A stretch of 64,000 bases of DNA from Eledone cirrhosa. Lineage: Eukaryota. The position numbers were made by a program, and so were the translations under genes. The notes beneath the pieces were generated by a model. That model saw only the letters and a list, made by a program, of their open reading frames with translations. It was not told where the DNA came from and did not search any database. Of the stretch, positions 59,781-64,000 are shown piece after piece. The number at the start of each line of letters is the position of its first letter. Positions within the stretch are counted from its first letter, which is position 1. Location: the NCBI GenBank assembly GCA_964016885.1, contig OZ024742.1, positions 277,140,001-277,204,000 of the forward strand, in the 5' to 3' direction.

Positions 59781-61833
59781 GTTCTACCATATTGTCACCA
59801 CTTCTGCTGTGATTCTATGTCTGTTGATGGCTACAAACTGTGGATTTTTCAAGACCAGGAATTTAAAAAAATGAATTAATAAAATATAAAAATAAAAAAA
59901 ATAAAAGGCAATTTTTTTTCCCCTAAAAATGCGAGAGGAATTGCTTCTGCAATTTATTAACATGACAGTTATTATAAAGAAAGGTTGTGAAGACATTGGT
60001 TGACACTGACAGTGATAATTTATTGCTGCTGCTGCTACTACTTACCAAAGCAACGATAACAACATGCAATGATTAGAAGTCTGAAGAAATGATAGTACAT
60101 TCAGAAATAGGAATCTCTAGTCCTACCTTTGTGATAATGTGTGTGTGTGTGTACATACATATATAACTTTGATAGGTTTTGGCCAGTATTGGTCCAGGCC
60201 ATGTCTAACTATATATATATATATGTATATATCTTTATTGTACTGTATTCTTTGCTGTGTTGTTTTCCATTTACTTTTTGCACACATGTGCAAATTCAAA
60301 ACATAAATAAACAACATAGCAAAACGATGCAGTACCATGAAAATATATACCTATATGTGCATGTGTGTGTATGTGCATGTAACATGGTGAGTTTATTTGA
60401 CTAGAATGCTGGTAAGTTCTAGAATGCTGGTTCTAAGGTAAGTTTACTGAATTGGATAGAAAAAAAATACTGTTCAAATCTCTTTTGTTTTATCATCATT
60501 GTGTACACCAGGTCCACACACTATACCTGAGTCATTGCATTAACACTGGACCCACACACCAACACCTGACTCACACACTAATATCTGATCTGCACACCAA
60601 CATTGACCCACACACAACACCAAACTCATGCACTATTCCTGACTCACCACACCCAACCTACACTCTACTCTTGACCCACACACCACACTCAACCCATGCA
60701 CTAACAGTTAATCTGTCATTAGTTTAACACCACCATCTGGTCCTTTAGTGATTTTTGCAGAGTCCGCTCTGTTACCAGCATTGAAACTAGGTCTCTGATC
60801 TGAGGATAAGTTGGTATCTTATGCTATCCCCCACTCTATCGTCTTTGTGTAGTGTAACTTGGTATCTCCCTGACCTAGTCTTTACTACATCTTCCTTGTG
60901 TAATGGACATAGGTATGAATGATTCTCCAGTAAAGGACTATAGAGCCAGATATGACAGCACTTGGCCTCAGGGGATGACTTATTTGTGGGTGCTCTTAAT
61001 ATTTTATCCAGAACCCTCACAAGCTTGTGATTAGCGATGTAGAGATCACAAGTTTCAGGAGAACTATCTATATTCCACTATATTCCAACTGATTGGTGAG
61101 TGGGTGGGGGGCTATTTACAGGGATTGAGGAATTAGTCAACCACAACCTAGGAGTCATGTTATTCCCTATTCCCCATCTCTCCAAGCTAGGCTGGATTAA
61201 GTTATTTTGAGGCCCTGAGCACTTAAAAGGTGATCCCCTTCCCAATATAAACTCTGAAAAAAAGACGTTTTTTTGTTGGGGAATGACAAATACATTTAAT
61301 CTGAATAACCTGTTGCTCCTTTTCTCTTGATGTCCCAGAGATGTACTTATTTTGCTTAATGGTTAATCCAGTCCTGCCTCCGAGTATTGGAGGTTTTTTG
61401 TGGAGATCATGGGTGGGTTCTGCTCCCCTCTCATTCTCCTTAGACTAAACTATAAGTGAATCAAAAAGAAATATCAGGCTACACATACACTACCAGACTA
61501 CACAGATAACAGCAGATTACATATATTTTTTATTATTATTATTGCATTATACAACAACAGACAATTATACAACAAAACTGGCTTAGTAATTGGTTAACTA
61601 AAGAACTTGTGGAAAAATCCTTTTTGAAGGCAGTAAGAGGAGAAAATATTATTGGTTAAATCAATTTTACCATTTTCCTTTCAGAGACTATTCAAGACTA
61701 GTTATTTTTAAAAAAAAAAGCATTTTCTTAACACAAAAATTTTAAAACATTTTTTTTTTTTTTTTTTAAGAAACAAAATTATTTTCTTCAATTCTTTCTT
61801 TCAATTTTTCTTCTGCTGTCTGTTTTATTTTGT

Positions 61834-62160
61834 AGGCAGCGAATTGGCAGAGTCGTTAGAATGTCGGATAGAATGCTTTATGGTATTCGTTCTGGCTCGC
61901 TGCTCTCTGAGTTCAAATCCAACCAAGGTCAACTTTGCCTTTCATCCTTTCAAGGTCGATAAAAAAAGTACCAGTCTAATACTGGGGTCGATTCTTCCTC
62001 TATATCTCTTTCTCACTTTCTATCTTTCTCCGGAAGAAATCTGCTATACTCAGGCCTGGAGATGAATGGGCTCCACCAAGCTTAAAATGCCCAGGAAACG
62101 CCATATGTCAATATGGCGCCCCAACAACTCTATCAGGAGTTATGGGACCATACCATAGCA
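61834..62160 (+). mobile_element. Second copy of the long-tailed SINE variant
   Basis: Collinear with 43613-43960. Confidence 0.8.
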
Positions 62161-64000
62161 TTTTATTTTGTATTTTTGTTATTTCATAAATTTAGAATTA
62201 GACTGAAGAAAAAATATGAGGTAAGAAATGAAAAAGTTGGTGTGTGTATATGCAGAAAACAAATGAAATTGCATTAATTAAAGAAGTAAATTATTGAAAT
62301 AAAATAGAAGTCAAAATAAAAAGATAATAATGATGAGAAAAATGCTTTTTTATATTGCCATAAGGTTTGTTGAGGAGAGAGATATAGAGGATTGAATCAA
62401 CTCCATTACATAAACTTGTTCTTATTTTATCATCACTGGAAAGATGAAAGCATAGACAGTCTCAATGACATTTGAACACAGATTATTTGCTCAGAATGGG
62501 TGGTAAGATAATCTCACTGCAGTATCAGAAATGATATGTTACTTTGCTTGACTGAAATCACATTAACTCTTAATGTCCTATACTCCATCAAACTGCATTA
62601 GTAATACATTCTTCAAAAGTACAAAAACTGCATTGGAACTGTATTACATTAAAGATTTTAGTTTACTGCAAATTTTCTCAATGATCTGTGTTCTTGTAAA
62701 TATATTATAAACATTTGAATTAACAAACTGATTTTTAGATGTTTTCTGCTAAATCATTAGATGTTAAGACTTAAGTAGTATAACTTCTGCTACCAACTGT
62801 AATTTATTGATAATTTTAGTTGTATGATTCATGTTTTTGGAACCAGTCCTTTACACAATACTATATTAACTCTGAACATCCTGTATCACACAAAACTGTA
62901 TTAGCAACATATTTCTTGAAAAGTATAAAAATAGCGCTATGACTGCATCACATTAAAAATTGAAGTCTCATATCACAAATTGTCAGGGAATCTGTTCACT
63001 AGTAAAGTTACTAAAAAAAATATTTGAATCCCCAAAAAACATTTTTAGATATTTTCTGCTGAATCATTACAGGTTGTTAAGAATTAAAGTATTGAAATCT
63101 TTAACAGGTAATACTTATGTATGTTGGCTTGTAAGGATCACAATTGTTTTGAGATTAACATGCTTGGCAAATGACTACATAGTCATAAGTTCAAATTGTA
63201 GTACATCCATTGTTTCGTGGTTTAAGGCAAAAGTAAAAATAGTTTTTGCTCTTACTTCACAGTTCAGTGGCTAGTGGTAGAAAGGGAATCCAATTGTAAA
63301 AATATATATGTCTAGTCACGCTGTCAGCAGAAGAGGGTAACTATGGAAGAGAAAGAAGTGAGGTTAAACTTCTTGTTATTGGACCTGTATGAAGAGATCT
63401 GATCTTGTGACTATAAGGTCAGTGGTTTGATCTCCCATCTAGGCCAAGTCCTTGTATAAAGCTCTTCATTTCATGTTGCTCCAGTTTACTAAGCTAGAAA
63501 GATAAGTACTAGCAGCAGCTGGAAGTTAACCATGCAATGGATTAGTGTCCTGTCCAAAGGGAAGTATTCTACTTTTAATCACTTAATGCCACACGAAACA
63601 AGCCTGATGAGCATCTAGGACCAAGACAGACTTTTTTTTAATACTAGACATTACTGAAGAGATAGTGGAATGCTGACATAACTGGAATTATGTTGACTGT
63701 AACTACATTCCAGCTTATACTAGCATAGAAATATAAATTATGATGATAATGATGGTATATATGAAGCAAGTGGATTAGTCTGAAACTGTTAGGGTGGGCG
63801 ATTGGCTCAGAAGATTTATTGTATTTAGTTTGGCGCCTTATGTTGCTGGGTTCAAATGCTATTGTGGTGTCAGTAAAAGTAAAATAAATACCTGTAGTAT
63901 GCGAAGGTCAACCCCTTAAAAAAAAAAAAAAAAAGCTGGAATTCAATGTATAACTCACTATGCAAAATTTACTTTTTGAAATTAATTTTTCTTACAAAAG

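Overview
AT-rich, intron-rich animal genomic DNA. The SINE/LINE/MITE landscape suggests an octopod cephalopod, which is an inference. One clear gene is present on the + strand: AP-1 adaptor complex sigma subunit, with coding exons 874-1052, 3098-3206 and 4632-4769. These are followed by two alternative 14-codon terminal exons, 18261-18305 ([14 protein letters not shown]) and 25823-25867 ([14 protein letters not shown]), and a third strong acceptor at 26652. The rest is intronic, UTR or intergenic: many tRNA-derived SINEs (young copies with 13-18 bp TSDs), decayed RTE, R4/Dong-like, HERO-like and CR1-like LINE fragments, TTAA-flanked and hAT-type MITEs, and microsatellites. Five things most deserve a second look: (1) a ~500 nt nested foldback just upstream of the first terminal exon, whose arm differences are biased to sense-strand G:U pairs; (2) a small dispersed family carrying a minimal hammerhead-ribozyme motif (intact at 7861-7896, minus strand) with inverted or decayed relatives; (3) a 3.3 kb 24/48-bp minisatellite that is open on both strands; (4) inverted young SINE pairs bracketing the alternative exons; (5) Rbfox-type motifs plus an extra acceptor at the second terminal exon. 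Most ORFs in the supplied track are microsatellite or non-ATG artefacts. All family assignments come from motif recognition, not database searches.
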